NCBI GenBank assembly: GCA_965221165.1
Contig: CBDCRP010000002.1
Span: forward strand, 128,001 to 192,000
Source: a bacterium
Lineage (GTDB): Bacteria; UBA8248
Reading direction: 5' to 3'
DNA length: 64,000 nt
Positions within the stretch are counted from its first letter, which is position 1; each line of letters starts with the position of its first letter. Under the pieces are notes generated by a model. The model had not been told where the DNA came from, did no database searches, and saw only the letters and a program-made list of their open reading frames with translations. The translations under genes were made by a program, and so were the position numbers. Shown here one piece after another: positions 10,601-19,870 of the stretch.

Positions 10601-11844
10601 CTTCTCGCCGATATCGCAATTTTAGCTGCCGTGCTTTTTTTGAATCCTCGAATGGGGGTATCCGTGATTCGAGAAATCCAGCTACCCGCCCCACCCATAT
10701 CGTGGACATTCGCTTCCAAATGAATTTCATCTTTCGTTGAGACATTCCAAAATGAAGGCTTTGTCAGATTTACGTTTACAAAAGGCGTCTCAAGAAAGAA
10801 AGAGCCTATACGAGCGGAATTTTCGAACAGGTCGTATTGACCTTTTGTCTTCAATTTTAATCTAGGTAATATGAATTTCCGCCATTTTGCTTGTCGATTC
10901 ACTTTGAAATCCGCTTGAATGGTCTCTCCTTTCAAGTCGAGGTTCCAAGCAATTGATCTTCCAGCAAAATAGTCAAATTTCAAATTCCCCGTGAAAATTC
11001 CTTTCCACAAACGGTAACCCTCTGTTATCGGCAACATCGCAGCCATCAAAGATAAGTCAAACAGAGGCATTTCGAGCGATGCGCGATAACTTCGCCCATT
11101 AGTATCGATGTGCACACCACCTTTTAGCTGGATGAGTAGTCGCTCATCCGGTTTCTGGCACTTCCCGTCGAGAAAAACATCCAATGGCTCACCCGGTTTT
11201 ATTTTGTCGACTTCTATGTGTGCAAAAGAACATGAGGCATCAAAAGCCGGCATGACATCACCGGCACCAAATCGAAATTCGCTTGTTACGTCATGGAAGT
11301 CTAATTCGTGAATCGTCAGACCAAACCCTGGTTCAACGCTTTGCGCACCGCTCTCCGCAGCTTCGGCGGATGGGGTGAATGAAAAAGGAATTTTTATGTT
11401 TTTCGCCCGCGCTGGATTCGTCTTTTTTTTCCGTCGATTCAGATTATCGATGATATCCTGGAAATTGAATCTTCCATTCGCATCCCTACTTACATGGGCA
11501 AAGACACCTTTTATGGTGAGTTGAAGTATGCTGATGTGCTTGTAAATCAAGGTCGATGGATTCAGTAATACCTCAACATCACTGAACCGGGCGAAGGGTT
11601 TGCCCTTTGCTCCGACTTTTTCTCTTTTCTCGTCTATGACAACTCCACTGGCTTTGATCTTGAATAACCCTACATCCAGTCGCTCAATGGAGACTTTCCT
11701 CCCCAGCAATTCTTGCCCTTCCCTCTCCGCAATTTTGATAACCTCATCCGAGGAAAGAAAAATTTGCACGGCAATAATTCCAACAATGATGAAAAAGAAA
11801 AATATGCCGGCAATCCAAACTACCCATCTCAGAAATCGATACAT
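7690..11844 (-). CDS. AsmA-like/DUF748 large envelope protein with four internal ~172-aa repeats
   Basis: N-terminal TM anchor, AsmA-like GRKVSI...GRFNFQDII, beta-rich body, C-terminal DUF748-like LNVRVEGRLDDPEF. Confidence 0.75.
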   Translation of the reverse strand: MYRFLRWVVWIAGIFFFFIIVGIIAVQIFLSSDEVIKIAEREGQELLGRKVSIERLDVGLFKIKASGVVIDEKREKVGAKGKPFARFSDVEVLLNPSTLIYKHISILQLTIKGVFAHVSRDANGRFNFQDIIDNLNRRKKKTNPARAKNIKIPFSFTPSAEAAESGAQSVEPGFGLTIHELDFHDVTSEFRFGAGDVMPAFDASCSFAHIEVDKIKPGEPLDVFLDGKCQKPDERLLIQLKGGVHIDTNGRSYRASLEMPLFDLSLMAAMLPITEGYRLWKGIFTGNLKFDYFAGRSIAWNLDLKGETIQADFKVNRQAKWRKFILPRLKLKTKGQYDLFENSARIGSFFLETPFVNVNLTKPSFWNVSTKDEIHLEANVHDMGGAGSWISRITDTPIRGFKKSTAAKIAISARRDRKIPDDVVQIEVTSHFDPIDLAQFNVFIPLFDNVSKIKGNMGGKAHVVFVSGERVQWDVALKVRDVGASVRLDKRKRWEVVQVGESLIRSRGSFDIKNTSARISIFEIKLPFATARLAKPAKWNVSGDDEAALSIEVNDLSSASNLLERLGLVSPEDVSKGAKIRFSTTVSRNRKNSLAFKIDTNAQFDSLPIAPFADLVLLPWHVQKATGRVSGELQLSLAHDGVVRWNMDIAGQKVDIRAKTISNEKWRDVFLESISLQSQGSYLPLNGSSEIQTLDLELPFARAYLNHAALWNQRRRDGFSLTLNVTDLSAAEVWLGKLMGHPVKWGPKGEELKILLSGTRNRKNGPGFSYKGSASFDPVHISPLVKFVSLPPAFRDPVGEIGGKIDFYYSPRKKVSWSLGLRSDDLGGEFLGLISQRWKTLRAGKINIQAAGSYDFLNQSARVQTLNLVMPFGRIQMLKPADWNMHGMDLVQFQWTISSLRDVTSLVGSILGEQVSKLLMAGSAEGLIEISRDRQKTRSISSKWSVAANLKSLAHVDYPNLNVSGNISGQLSNNVIEIWAPELKINDFSRPNAEPDVILQDLRALLDRSSLMRGEIRSPNIRMKTLKVRYMRHAKRKSNFESLLEKSKGDAKRAQQIRSDGKGKTVSGEKLPTPPLYSKTKTASRKRQNAQKKAKKPLLPILKIAKFEIEKMEFHFEDFIASDKPPVVLRVKDARLLMTNLDTAMVPNLRETHLEFKTFGESPSIFAEATLNPGLVPPDVDGSFNLSRFDLRKISPYARDIQGETVNALLMRGTEITGGKLDFTSTYSLRNKQLKLDGRAKITGLRLKPDEKSPLADLVLKLLRASVFRLLEGRNNTISLNVRVEGRLDDPEFHFLDAIVEPIFVSLFEKVENLGENVKDIITDILGTAIKGVQKIVPKPESGGRPPEKDSGKEPGEEGHQLKRLGKKLEKTLERGLRGLFGVK

Positions 11845-12006
11845 AAGTGACTCATATAGGGAGACCCACTAGCGGCTCATGGGTCATAAAAATATACACG
11901 GATTTTACGCCACTGCCTTATAAGGTATATTAACAAAATCCAAAGTTTTTTTATTTCTTCTCATATTTGCAATGGAGTCATTCTTCATTCTAATTCAGGT
12001 ATCCAT

Positions 12007-13302
12007 ATGAAAAAAAATAACGATATTCCAAGCCTAAGCTCCAACAACCTGAAACCGAATCAAAGCCGAGAAGTTTTCTCCTGGTGCATGTACGACTTCG
12101 CAAACTCCGCTTTTCCAACACTAATCGTTACGGTTGCGTATAGCGTCTATTTCAAGAAAATCGTAGCCGGCGGCGGTGGAAATGCAGACTTTCTGTGGGG
12201 AATATCACTCTCTATAGCCATGATTTTAAGCGTGACCATCACCCCGCCTTTGAGCGCAATTGCCGACAGACGAAGCGCCCGTAAACGTTTCTTAATCCTT
12301 TACGCCTATATTTGCGTATTGGCCACCGCCCTTTTGTCAAATGTAACTACTGGCATGATCTTTGCCGGAATGGCGCTTTTCATCATCGCCACAGCTGCGT
12401 TCGAAAGCTCTCTCATCTTTTACAATTCTTTTTTGCCCGACATCTCTTCCCCGAAAACTGTCGGAAAAATTAGTGGCTGGGGCTGGGGACTAGGTTATCT
12501 GGGCGGTCTGCTTTGTCTTTTTTTAGTCAAACCTTTTTTGGCCGGGGGGTTCTCGCAAGAAAATCTTCCCTTGTTCCGTATGAGCTTCGTTGCGGTCGCC
12601 GTGTTTTACGGCCTGTTCACGCTTCCGTTAATTTTTTGGCTCCGCGAGACTAAACCCAAATCCATAAAACCACCCGAAAAAGGCGCTTTCGCCGAACTAT
12701 GGAAAACACTACGGGACATGAGAAAAACCCCGGGCGCACTCAAATTCTTGCTGGCCTTTTTCCTCTACAACGACGGGATTGTCACCGTCATCTCCTTCAG
12801 TTCGATCTATGCGGTCTCTACACTGAAATTCACCATGGGTGAAGTGTTAAGTCTTTTTATAATGGTTCAAGTCTCGGCAGGCGTCGGCGCGTTTGCACTC
12901 GGGTATTTGACGGATTCCTGGGGGCCGCGAAAGACAATTCTGCTGACTCTGGCGAATTGGTGCGTGGTCGTCATCGTGGCCTATTTCACAGAAACGAAAT
13001 ATGTCTTCTTGGGTGTCTCACTGTTGGCGGGGCTTTCCCTTGGTTCCAGCCAATCAGCAAGCCGTGCTCTGATGGCAAGCTATATTCCTGAAAAAAGATC
13101 CGCGCAATCATTTTCGTTTTACGGCATTTGCGGCAAAATGAGTTCGGTTCTCGGCCCACTAGTTTTCGGGGGTGTTTCCGCACTTACGGGAGAGCAAAGA
13201 ACAGCAATATTATCCGTGCTCGTCTTTTTCCTGGTGGGGGGCACCTTACTGTGGCTAACGCCGGAAACCAGGAAATCGGTTCTGCATAGCCAGGGGACAT
13301 GA
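12007..13302 (+). CDS. MFS transporter (UMF1/Atg22-like)
   Basis: WCMYDFANSAF, GWGWGLGYLGG, FFLYNDG, QSASRA. Confidence 0.9.
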   Translation: MKKNNDIPSLSSNNLKPNQSREVFSWCMYDFANSAFPTLIVTVAYSVYFKKIVAGGGGNADFLWGISLSIAMILSVTITPPLSAIADRRSARKRFLILYAYICVLATALLSNVTTGMIFAGMALFIIATAAFESSLIFYNSFLPDISSPKTVGKISGWGWGLGYLGGLLCLFLVKPFLAGGFSQENLPLFRMSFVAVAVFYGLFTLPLIFWLRETKPKSIKPPEKGAFAELWKTLRDMRKTPGALKFLLAFFLYNDGIVTVISFSSIYAVSTLKFTMGEVLSLFIMVQVSAGVGAFALGYLTDSWGPRKTILLTLANWCVVVIVAYFTETKYVFLGVSLLAGLSLGSSQSASRALMASYIPEKRSAQSFSFYGICGKMSSVLGPLVFGGVSALTGEQRTAILSVLVFFLVGGTLLWLTPETRKSVLHSQGT

Positions 13303-13376
13303 TGTGTTCGCCCGCTCTCGCTGAAAGCACAACATGTTGAACATACCTTTTGTCATGCCCATCTTACGGAGTTGAT

Positions 13377-13742
13377 TTGGATTTTCGTGAACAGATTTAC
13401 CAAAGACTAATGTTTCATCTTGGTGAAGTAGATGTTTCGCGAGAAACCGTAGAGGCCTTCGCGTCGAATATCGTTCACATTCTCGATCGCATTACGCAAG
13501 ACAGAGTATACGAGGCGAGTTTGCGCCAAATTCTTCAACGCTACGCCAATGAGTGGGCGGAGCAATCTTCTCGTAGAATTTTAGATGTCAAAAATGATGA
13601 GGCCACGGAAATCGTCTACGAGATGGTTGATCGTCAAGCGCGAAACCGCGCCATCCGAGCACTCAGGAAAGTCTTGCTGGACACGCTGCAAGACCAGAAA
13701 AAACCACTGGATGATCTTGATTTTTTTGACGAAACCGAATGA
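13377..13742 (+). CDS. hypothetical protein
   Basis: ORF between two + strand genes with GGAG upstream of a TTG start; helical and charged; no motif recognised. Confidence 0.55.
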   Translation: MDFREQIYQRLMFHLGEVDVSRETVEAFASNIVHILDRITQDRVYEASLRQILQRYANEWAEQSSRRILDVKNDEATEIVYEMVDRQARNRAIRALRKVLLDTLQDQKKPLDDLDFFDETE

Positions 13743-13763
13743 TTCCGAACATAGGGGTTCACT

Positions 13764-14157
13764 ATGCCAGAAAAAGAATTAGCCGACGAAATCGCCAAAC
13801 GCAGAGGGCGCAGATACCCGGCTCATGAATTCATTGCCGCAAAATTTCCCGACTACATGGAAGCGCTTTTGCATCTCGACGAGATCATCCGTGCGAAAGA
13901 GAGAAGATTCAATGAACCAATGCATGAACTATTTCATATTCTGGCCCTCGCTGTTGAAGGATCAAACCCACATAACCAGCCGCATCTCAAACAGCATCTG
14001 AAAAAAGGTCAAACTAGGCCTACACCCCGAGGAAATCGCAGAGGCGCTTATGGTCTGCGTAAACCCTGCGGGCTCTAAAGTGTTGACTTATGGGGTCACC
14101 TGCATGCTCGAAGCAATGGATGAACTCAAAGACGAGGGGTGGACATACCCCGACTAG
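13764..14157 (+). pseudogene. carboxymuconolactone decarboxylase-like protein, frameshifted
   Basis: HELFHILALAV...HLKQHLKK continues in the +1 frame as VKLGLHPEEIAEALMVCV...WTYPD* (TAG at 14155-14157). Confidence 0.65.
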
Positions 14158-14188
14158 AAGATTCTTCTATACTTCATGCCTACGATAT

Positions 14189-14518
14189 TTACGCTTCTGC
14201 TCGAATCGCTTCCTCGCGTAAAGGAGAATATATGCCAATATATGTAATGGGCGTTGGCGCATCCAGCCGATGCGGCACCCCCTTGGGTATATGAACCACC
14301 TGACCCGCTTTGACTTTGCGCGTTTCCCCAGCAACAGTAAATCTGGCTTCCCCCTTCATGAGATATACGAGTTGTTCTACATCATGACTATGGTCCTGCT
14401 CCGTCCCCCCCTCTCTTTCAATATGCAACATCATGACATTCTCACCGACAACAAGTCTGCGCTCTCTGCCCGGCATCTTTTGCGGTTCAATTTCCGCCAG
14501 ATCGTAGAAATACTGCAT
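14189..14518 (-). CDS. cupin domain protein
   Basis: HSHDVEQLVYLMKG...IPKGVPH cupin metal motifs; GGAGGAG RBS before the ATG at 14518. Confidence 0.85.
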   Translation of the reverse strand: MQYFYDLAEIEPQKMPGRERRLVVGENVMMLHIEREGGTEQDHSHDVEQLVYLMKGEARFTVAGETRKVKAGQVVHIPKGVPHRLDAPTPITYIGIYSPLREEAIRAEA

Positions 14519-14688
14519 CTGTATGCTCCTCCTGGGTTTCGTTCCGAATTGATTTTCCGATTGTTGACTTTTCAAGTATCGTTCGCAAGGTCATCACAAT
14601 ATCCGTCTTGCAATCACACACCCATCATCCCTAGAATCCTCCCCTGTTGTGTCGAACCTCCCATAGTTTGATAGAGGATAAACTCTCG

Positions 14689-16098
14689 ATGAACGCTGAC
14701 ATCCGAGTTCGCTTTGCTCCATCCAACACGGGCTACCTCCATATCGGCGGTGCACGCACCGCGCTGTTTAATTGGTTTTTTGCGAGACATCACACAGGCG
14801 CAGCTATCCTGAGAATCGAAGACACCGACCGACAACGTTCTACAGAAGAATATTACGACGCGATACTGAAAGCATTCGATTGGCTGGGACTTGAATGGGA
14901 CGAAGGCCCATATCGGCAATCTCAACGTATGGGTTTGTACCAAGAAGCGGCCGACAAACTCCTATCCTCCGGCGCCGCCTATCGATGCACATGTACACCT
15001 GAGAATGTGAACGCCATGCGCGACCGGGCCCGCGCCGAGGGAAAAACACCGAAATATGACGGCGCCTGCCGGGATCGCTACGACAAGGACCCGGATGTCC
15101 CGTTTTGTCTCCGTCTCCGAGTGCCTGATATTGGAGAGACAATTGTTGCCGACGTCCTTGCCGGAGATGTCGTATTCGAGAACTCGCAGTTGGACGACAT
15201 GGTCATCGTTCGCACCGATGGGGCGCCTACATACAATTTTTGCGTAGCCATCGATGACATCGACATGAAGATCACCCATGTGATACGCGGCAACGACCAT
15301 CTCTCAAATACACCCAAACAAGTCCTCGTCTACCAAGCCCTAAATAAAGCAACGCCAAAATTCGCGCACATATCGATGATATTAGGCCCCGATAAGAAAA
15401 GACTATCCAAGCGCCATGGCGCAGATTCGGTATTGGAATATAAAAATCGAGGTTTTCTTCCTGATGCGTTAATCAACTATCTAGTGCGGCTCGGATGGAG
15501 CCATGGAGATCAAGAGATATTCTCCAAAGAGGAGATTATCGGAAATTTTTCTTTGGAAAACCTGAATAGATCTGCCGCGATCTTCAATCCGGAGAAATTA
15601 TTATGGGTGAATAAAGAATATATCAAATCAGCCGATAGTCATTTCCTGGTGGAATCACTCGATGCGGGTCTTAAAGAACGGGGCTTATCACCAAACCTGC
15701 TAACGCACGGAACACGCAGGGGCATTGTGGATGAACTCAGAACGCGCTCGGAAACTCTAACGAACATGATAGAGGGGGCTCGTTTTTTCTTTGAAAATGA
15801 AGTCGAGCTGGACGAGAAGGCCGCGTCAAAATTCCTGAAACCGGAAATCTCGGGTCCAATCATGAAATTGCGGGATGAATTAACCAAAATCGATACGTTT
15901 TCAACTGAAAACGTGAAATCGGCCTTTCATCACGTCCTGGAAGAAGAGGCCTTAAAGCTCGGCAAACTGGCCCAACCCGTGCGCGTCGCCATTACGGGCG
16001 GAACCATCAGTCCCGGTATTTTCGAGACGCTCAGTCTTCTCGGCAAAGACAGAACCATCCACCGCCTCAATGCTGCGTTAGCTAAAATCAATCGATAA
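14689..16098 (+). CDS. gltX: glutamate--tRNA ligase
   Basis: RFAPSNTGYLHIGG (HIGH motif), RIEDTD, RGNDH, KRLSKR (KMSKS motif). Confidence 0.97.
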   Translation: MNADIRVRFAPSNTGYLHIGGARTALFNWFFARHHTGAAILRIEDTDRQRSTEEYYDAILKAFDWLGLEWDEGPYRQSQRMGLYQEAADKLLSSGAAYRCTCTPENVNAMRDRARAEGKTPKYDGACRDRYDKDPDVPFCLRLRVPDIGETIVADVLAGDVVFENSQLDDMVIVRTDGAPTYNFCVAIDDIDMKITHVIRGNDHLSNTPKQVLVYQALNKATPKFAHISMILGPDKKRLSKRHGADSVLEYKNRGFLPDALINYLVRLGWSHGDQEIFSKEEIIGNFSLENLNRSAAIFNPEKLLWVNKEYIKSADSHFLVESLDAGLKERGLSPNLLTHGTRRGIVDELRTRSETLTNMIEGARFFFENEVELDEKAASKFLKPEISGPIMKLRDELTKIDTFSTENVKSAFHHVLEEEALKLGKLAQPVRVAITGGTISPGIFETLSLLGKDRTIHRLNAALAKINR

Positions 16099-16159
16099 AT
16101 GATTTCGCCATCGTCCTTGACGAATAAAGATCTCATACATATAAACATCTAGGCCTTTC

Positions 16160-16233
16160 TGGGGGATCGTCTAGCGGCAGGACACCAGACTCTGGATCTG
16201 GGTACGGAGGTTCGAATCCTCCTCCCCCAGCCA
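16160..16233 (+). tRNA. tRNA-Gln(CTG)
   Basis: TGGGGGA acceptor stem, anticodon arm ccaga-ctCTGga-tctgg, GTTCGAATC, 3' CCA. Confidence 0.95.
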
Positions 16234-16645
16234 CTCAATAAGACGAACTTCTATGTGGGCCATCTAAATCTATGTGGCCCACCTCAATCCGTGATTTTCC
16301 GCGTCCTCCCCATGCCTTATCAGCCCAAGGGTCATTTGACCTGGATTTTTTGTCCACCTCCACTTACAGAGTGAACCTATCCATGCTAACAGGCGGTGTT
16401 TTCCGAACCGGATACGCAGAAGTTTTCATACTCGTTTGAGGAGAAAGTAGCCCCACAACCTCATTTTATTCAACACGCCCGCCGCTTCCGCGGATTCCTG
16501 GGCGAGCGCTGTTTTTCCAATCAACTGACAGCCGTTCGGAAATTGCGTCGGGTGGCGCTATCGTCTATACTCCATCTCGTGCTTTGCACATATGCCAAAA
16601 TGGTGAATACATAGTGAAATCGGTCTAAAATATCTTATTGAGGGA

Positions 16646-17308
16646 ATGATCATGACTCTAAGAATCAATGATGAAGCACCAGATTTTTCCGCCGACACGA
16701 CCCAAGGTCCTATCAATTTTCACGAGTGGATTGGAGATGGCTGGGCCATCATATTTTCGCACCCGAAGGACTTTACACCAGTCTGCACCACAGAACTCGG
16801 GACTATGGCTGGACTCAAGTCGGAATTCGACAAAAGAAACTGTAAGGTGATCGGCATCAGCGTCGATGGAGTTGCCGATCATGAAAAATGGTCCAAAGAT
16901 ATTGAAAGCTCTCAAGGCCATGCCGTGAACTATCCTCTGATTGGCGACCCCGAACTCAAAATAGTCAAATCCTATGACATGCTCCCGGCTGATGCGGGTG
17001 ACATGTCAGAGGGTCGAACGGCCGCTCACAATGCGACAGCCCGGTCGGTGTTCGTTATCGGGCCGGACAAGAAGATCAAGGCGACGCTCACATATCCGAT
17101 GAGCACCGGCCGGAATTTTAGTGAAATCCTCAGACTATTGGACTCCTGCCAACTGACAGCCAGTGAACAAGTAGCGACTCCGGCGAACTGGCAACAGGGT
17201 GAAGACGTGATTATCCTGCCGGCTGTTTCGGATGAGGATGCGAAGAAGAGATATCCTGGTGGATGGGAGACGCCGCTTCCATATATTCGGGTCGTAAAAC
17301 AACCATGA
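16646..17308 (+). CDS. 1-Cys peroxiredoxin (Prx6)
   Basis: FSHPKDFTPVCTTE, YPMSTGRNF, ATPANW. Confidence 0.95.
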   Translation: MIMTLRINDEAPDFSADTTQGPINFHEWIGDGWAIIFSHPKDFTPVCTTELGTMAGLKSEFDKRNCKVIGISVDGVADHEKWSKDIESSQGHAVNYPLIGDPELKIVKSYDMLPADAGDMSEGRTAAHNATARSVFVIGPDKKIKATLTYPMSTGRNFSEILRLLDSCQLTASEQVATPANWQQGEDVIILPAVSDEDAKKRYPGGWETPLPYIRVVKQP

Positions 17309-17377
17309 GTATCGACATCGCGTCTGCCGATGGACGCGACTAAGGAGGGGAATTACAAGCTTCTTGTTTAGGGAAAG

Positions 17378-17413
17378 AAAGAGCCGCGGCTAAATTGCTA
17401 GCCGCGGCTCTTT
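17378..17413. terminator. bidirectional intrinsic terminator
   Basis: aaagagccgcggcta-aattgc-tagccgcggctcttt between convergent genes. Confidence 0.8.
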
Positions 17414-17432
17414 ATGTTTTCCAATGAGAGGG

Positions 17433-18428
17433 CTAGTTTTTCCAACCCTCGGCTGCCATGGCCTTTTTCACCATGCTCAAGTCCATGCCTTCCTTGCGAA
17501 GATCGACCACGCGCTTCGCTTTGCGTTTTTTCAGAAGAACCTTGCCCATGTAATCAAACCACTTATAATCCGTCTCTGCTGGGAGAAGCCCAAAAGTCAG
17601 ATCGTTCACAGAGGCTTTCACTATTTTAAGCTTGATTTTTGAGCCTTTCGATTGCAAGTGGTTCAAGTATACGCGCGCAAACTTATCGCGATTATCTCTG
17701 TGCAATTTCATACCACGAATGAATCCTCTCAAAAACTTGGTATACACATCTTTGTCTTTTTTCAGCGTTTTTCCATTGGCCATTAAAATCCACAGGTTGT
17801 TTGCATATTTGCAAAAAGTTTCCACTATGCGGGCATATCCCCTGTCGATGGCAATGGCAGCTTGCGGGTTATTCAAAGCTATCATATCCACCGTCCGGGA
17901 TTTGAGCGCCGCCATGCGGGTATCGTTGTTCATGTTCACGGTCGTGAAGTCTTTCACGGCTAAGCCATATTTCGGCAGGATGAAGGTTGTGAGCGTGAAA
18001 TATGTACCCGTAGCTTTACCTACTCCAAGTCTTTTGCCCTTCAAGTCATGCAAGGTTTTAATGGGTGATTTGGGAGACGTCAGAATTTTATTCGCTTTGC
18101 ACCAGTAGTTGGCATTGGCGATGCCAGGCGCGTTTGCGCCTTTTGATATAGCTGAATAAAAAGCACGGTCGGCAGCACCACCAATATCAAGAGAGTTCGC
18201 CAAAATCGCCTGGCGCATCAATTTGCCCTGCGGGAATTGTTTAATGGTATATTTTCCCTTGCCGATGGTCTGATTATAGTAGCCCATCTTATGAGCAACG
18301 ATGGTGACCGCTCCCATAACAGAGCGGTGGTGGCCGATGCGGAACGGCGCTGCACTGGCAGGAAATGCAGTCAATACAACTCCTGCGATGGACATGGTGA
18401 CAACAAGACACATACCTCTCCGATTCAT
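17433..18428 (-). CDS. ABC transporter substrate-binding protein (SsuA/TauA/NMT1-like)
   Basis: Signal peptide; SPIKTLHDLKGKRLGV; AAGGAGG RBS before the ATG at 18428. Confidence 0.8.
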   Translation of the reverse strand: MNRRGMCLVVTMSIAGVVLTAFPASAAPFRIGHHRSVMGAVTIVAHKMGYYNQTIGKGKYTIKQFPQGKLMRQAILANSLDIGGAADRAFYSAISKGANAPGIANANYWCKANKILTSPKSPIKTLHDLKGKRLGVGKATGTYFTLTTFILPKYGLAVKDFTTVNMNNDTRMAALKSRTVDMIALNNPQAAIAIDRGYARIVETFCKYANNLWILMANGKTLKKDKDVYTKFLRGFIRGMKLHRDNRDKFARVYLNHLQSKGSKIKLKIVKASVNDLTFGLLPAETDYKWFDYMGKVLLKKRKAKRVVDLRKEGMDLSMVKKAMAAEGWKN

Positions 18429-18656
18429 TACAAAATCCTCCTTGAGATTCATTGGCCCGAAGGCATCCATAGATGAAACCGTAAAACTGGCAAGCCGCGA
18501 CCGGGAAGCTATTTCTAATGTCGAAATTCCCATCATTTCTATGTGTGAGAGAAAGATATCATACCTTGAGGTATAATTGCATCTCGCTATGTTCCAGGTA
18601 ACCATCCGCCATTTTCCATCCCAAGAAAATATCCAACCCACCTCGACTCGCTTTCA

Positions 18657-19868
18657 TCAGGCGGTCGATTCAGGCGCAGGGCTTCGCCTTTGCAGTAACA
18701 AAGCCAAAACAAAGCCTACGAGCAAGACGATGGGAATCGTCCAAAAAGCATTCAACATTCCAATTCTTTCCCCCAGCAAAGAAAGGGGAATCGCCGTTAA
18801 TCCGGCCAATATCCAGCCTCCACCCAGCATTAATGAACTCGCGAACCCTCGGTGCTCGGGCAAATACTCCTGTGCCAATGCGACGGATACCCCCATCGGC
18901 ACGAAAACCCCTGCGCCGATAACGGCCAGAGATATGTACGCCCACTCCAGGGAAGACAACTGAAACGCCAACATACCGGCCAAAGCGCATCCAACGCCGA
19001 TGGTAATCACTCTGGGCTTTCCGTATTTATCCCCCATAATGCCGCCGAGCATCACACCAATGGCTCCCGAGAAAAAAATGACCGTGTTGGCCATTCCGCC
19101 ACGCCAAAGGCCCAAACCCTTCTCTACAAATATCGTGGGTAAAAATCCTCCTAAATTCGCTAAAGTTGTCCCTCTGACAATGGCGATGCCGAAAAGGAGA
19201 ATTAAGGGTCCACGAACATGTTTCAGTGACGCCAACAATCCATCCCGCTCGCTCGCCTCTTCATCTTTAATCTTTCTCTGGGGCGGGGCAGGCATGCCCA
19301 GTTTCACCCCCGCCATGGCGAGCACCGCCACGAGGATGAACACCCACAAATGTTCCATACCCATGGTTTCCGCGATGAAGATGGCGATTAATGGACCAAT
19401 CGCAAAACCCAGCCTTCCTCCCGTTACGAATAGGCTGACAATAAAACCGGCATGTTCGGGACTCAATCTACCAGCGCGCGCGGCCATATCCGGATGACAT
19501 AGGCCAAAAAGAATGCCACCCATGATTAGTGCGGCGGCCAAGCCATATACGCTCGTCACCCATCCAATTGCCGTAAAAGCAACGGAACTTCCAATCAGGC
19601 CTACCGCGAGCCAGGGCAACCAAGGCCACCTATCGATGACGACACCGGTGATGGGTTGTGTGATAGAGCCGCTTACTGCCTGAAATGAAATCAAAAACCC
19701 AATCGTCGTGATGCTGAGTCCCAATTTTTCTTTTAACAATGGGACAAGGGCGGCAAAGAAATTCGCTTGGCTATCGACCACAAAATGCGCAAAGAAAATG
19801 AGGCCTGTCCCCGTCCAAGGTAAAGTATTGAAAGATGGCTTTGTAGTGTTCGCAGGATTTCGGTTCAT
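18657..19868 (-). CDS. MFS transporter (FSR-like)
   Basis: HFVVD, QPITG, HP and GFAIGP; about 12 TM segments. Confidence 0.85.
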   Translation of the reverse strand: MNRNPANTTKPSFNTLPWTGTGLIFFAHFVVDSQANFFAALVPLLKEKLGLSITTIGFLISFQAVSGSITQPITGVVIDRWPWLPWLAVGLIGSSVAFTAIGWVTSVYGLAAALIMGGILFGLCHPDMAARAGRLSPEHAGFIVSLFVTGGRLGFAIGPLIAIFIAETMGMEHLWVFILVAVLAMAGVKLGMPAPPQRKIKDEEASERDGLLASLKHVRGPLILLFGIAIVRGTTLANLGGFLPTIFVEKGLGLWRGGMANTVIFFSGAIGVMLGGIMGDKYGKPRVITIGVGCALAGMLAFQLSSLEWAYISLAVIGAGVFVPMGVSVALAQEYLPEHRGFASSLMLGGGWILAGLTAIPLSLLGERIGMLNAFWTIPIVLLVGFVLALLLQRRSPAPESTA

Positions 19869-19870
19869 GT

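Noticed and set aside
14001-14007. AAAAAAG as a dnaX-type programmed -1 frameshift
   Set aside because: The continuation needs +1 (or -2), and the heptamer is not phased as A-AAA-AAG.
16160-16233. tRNA-Gln or tRNA-Glu (58873-58947) as integration sites
   Set aside because: There is no integrase, and I saw no duplicated tRNA 3' end in the window.
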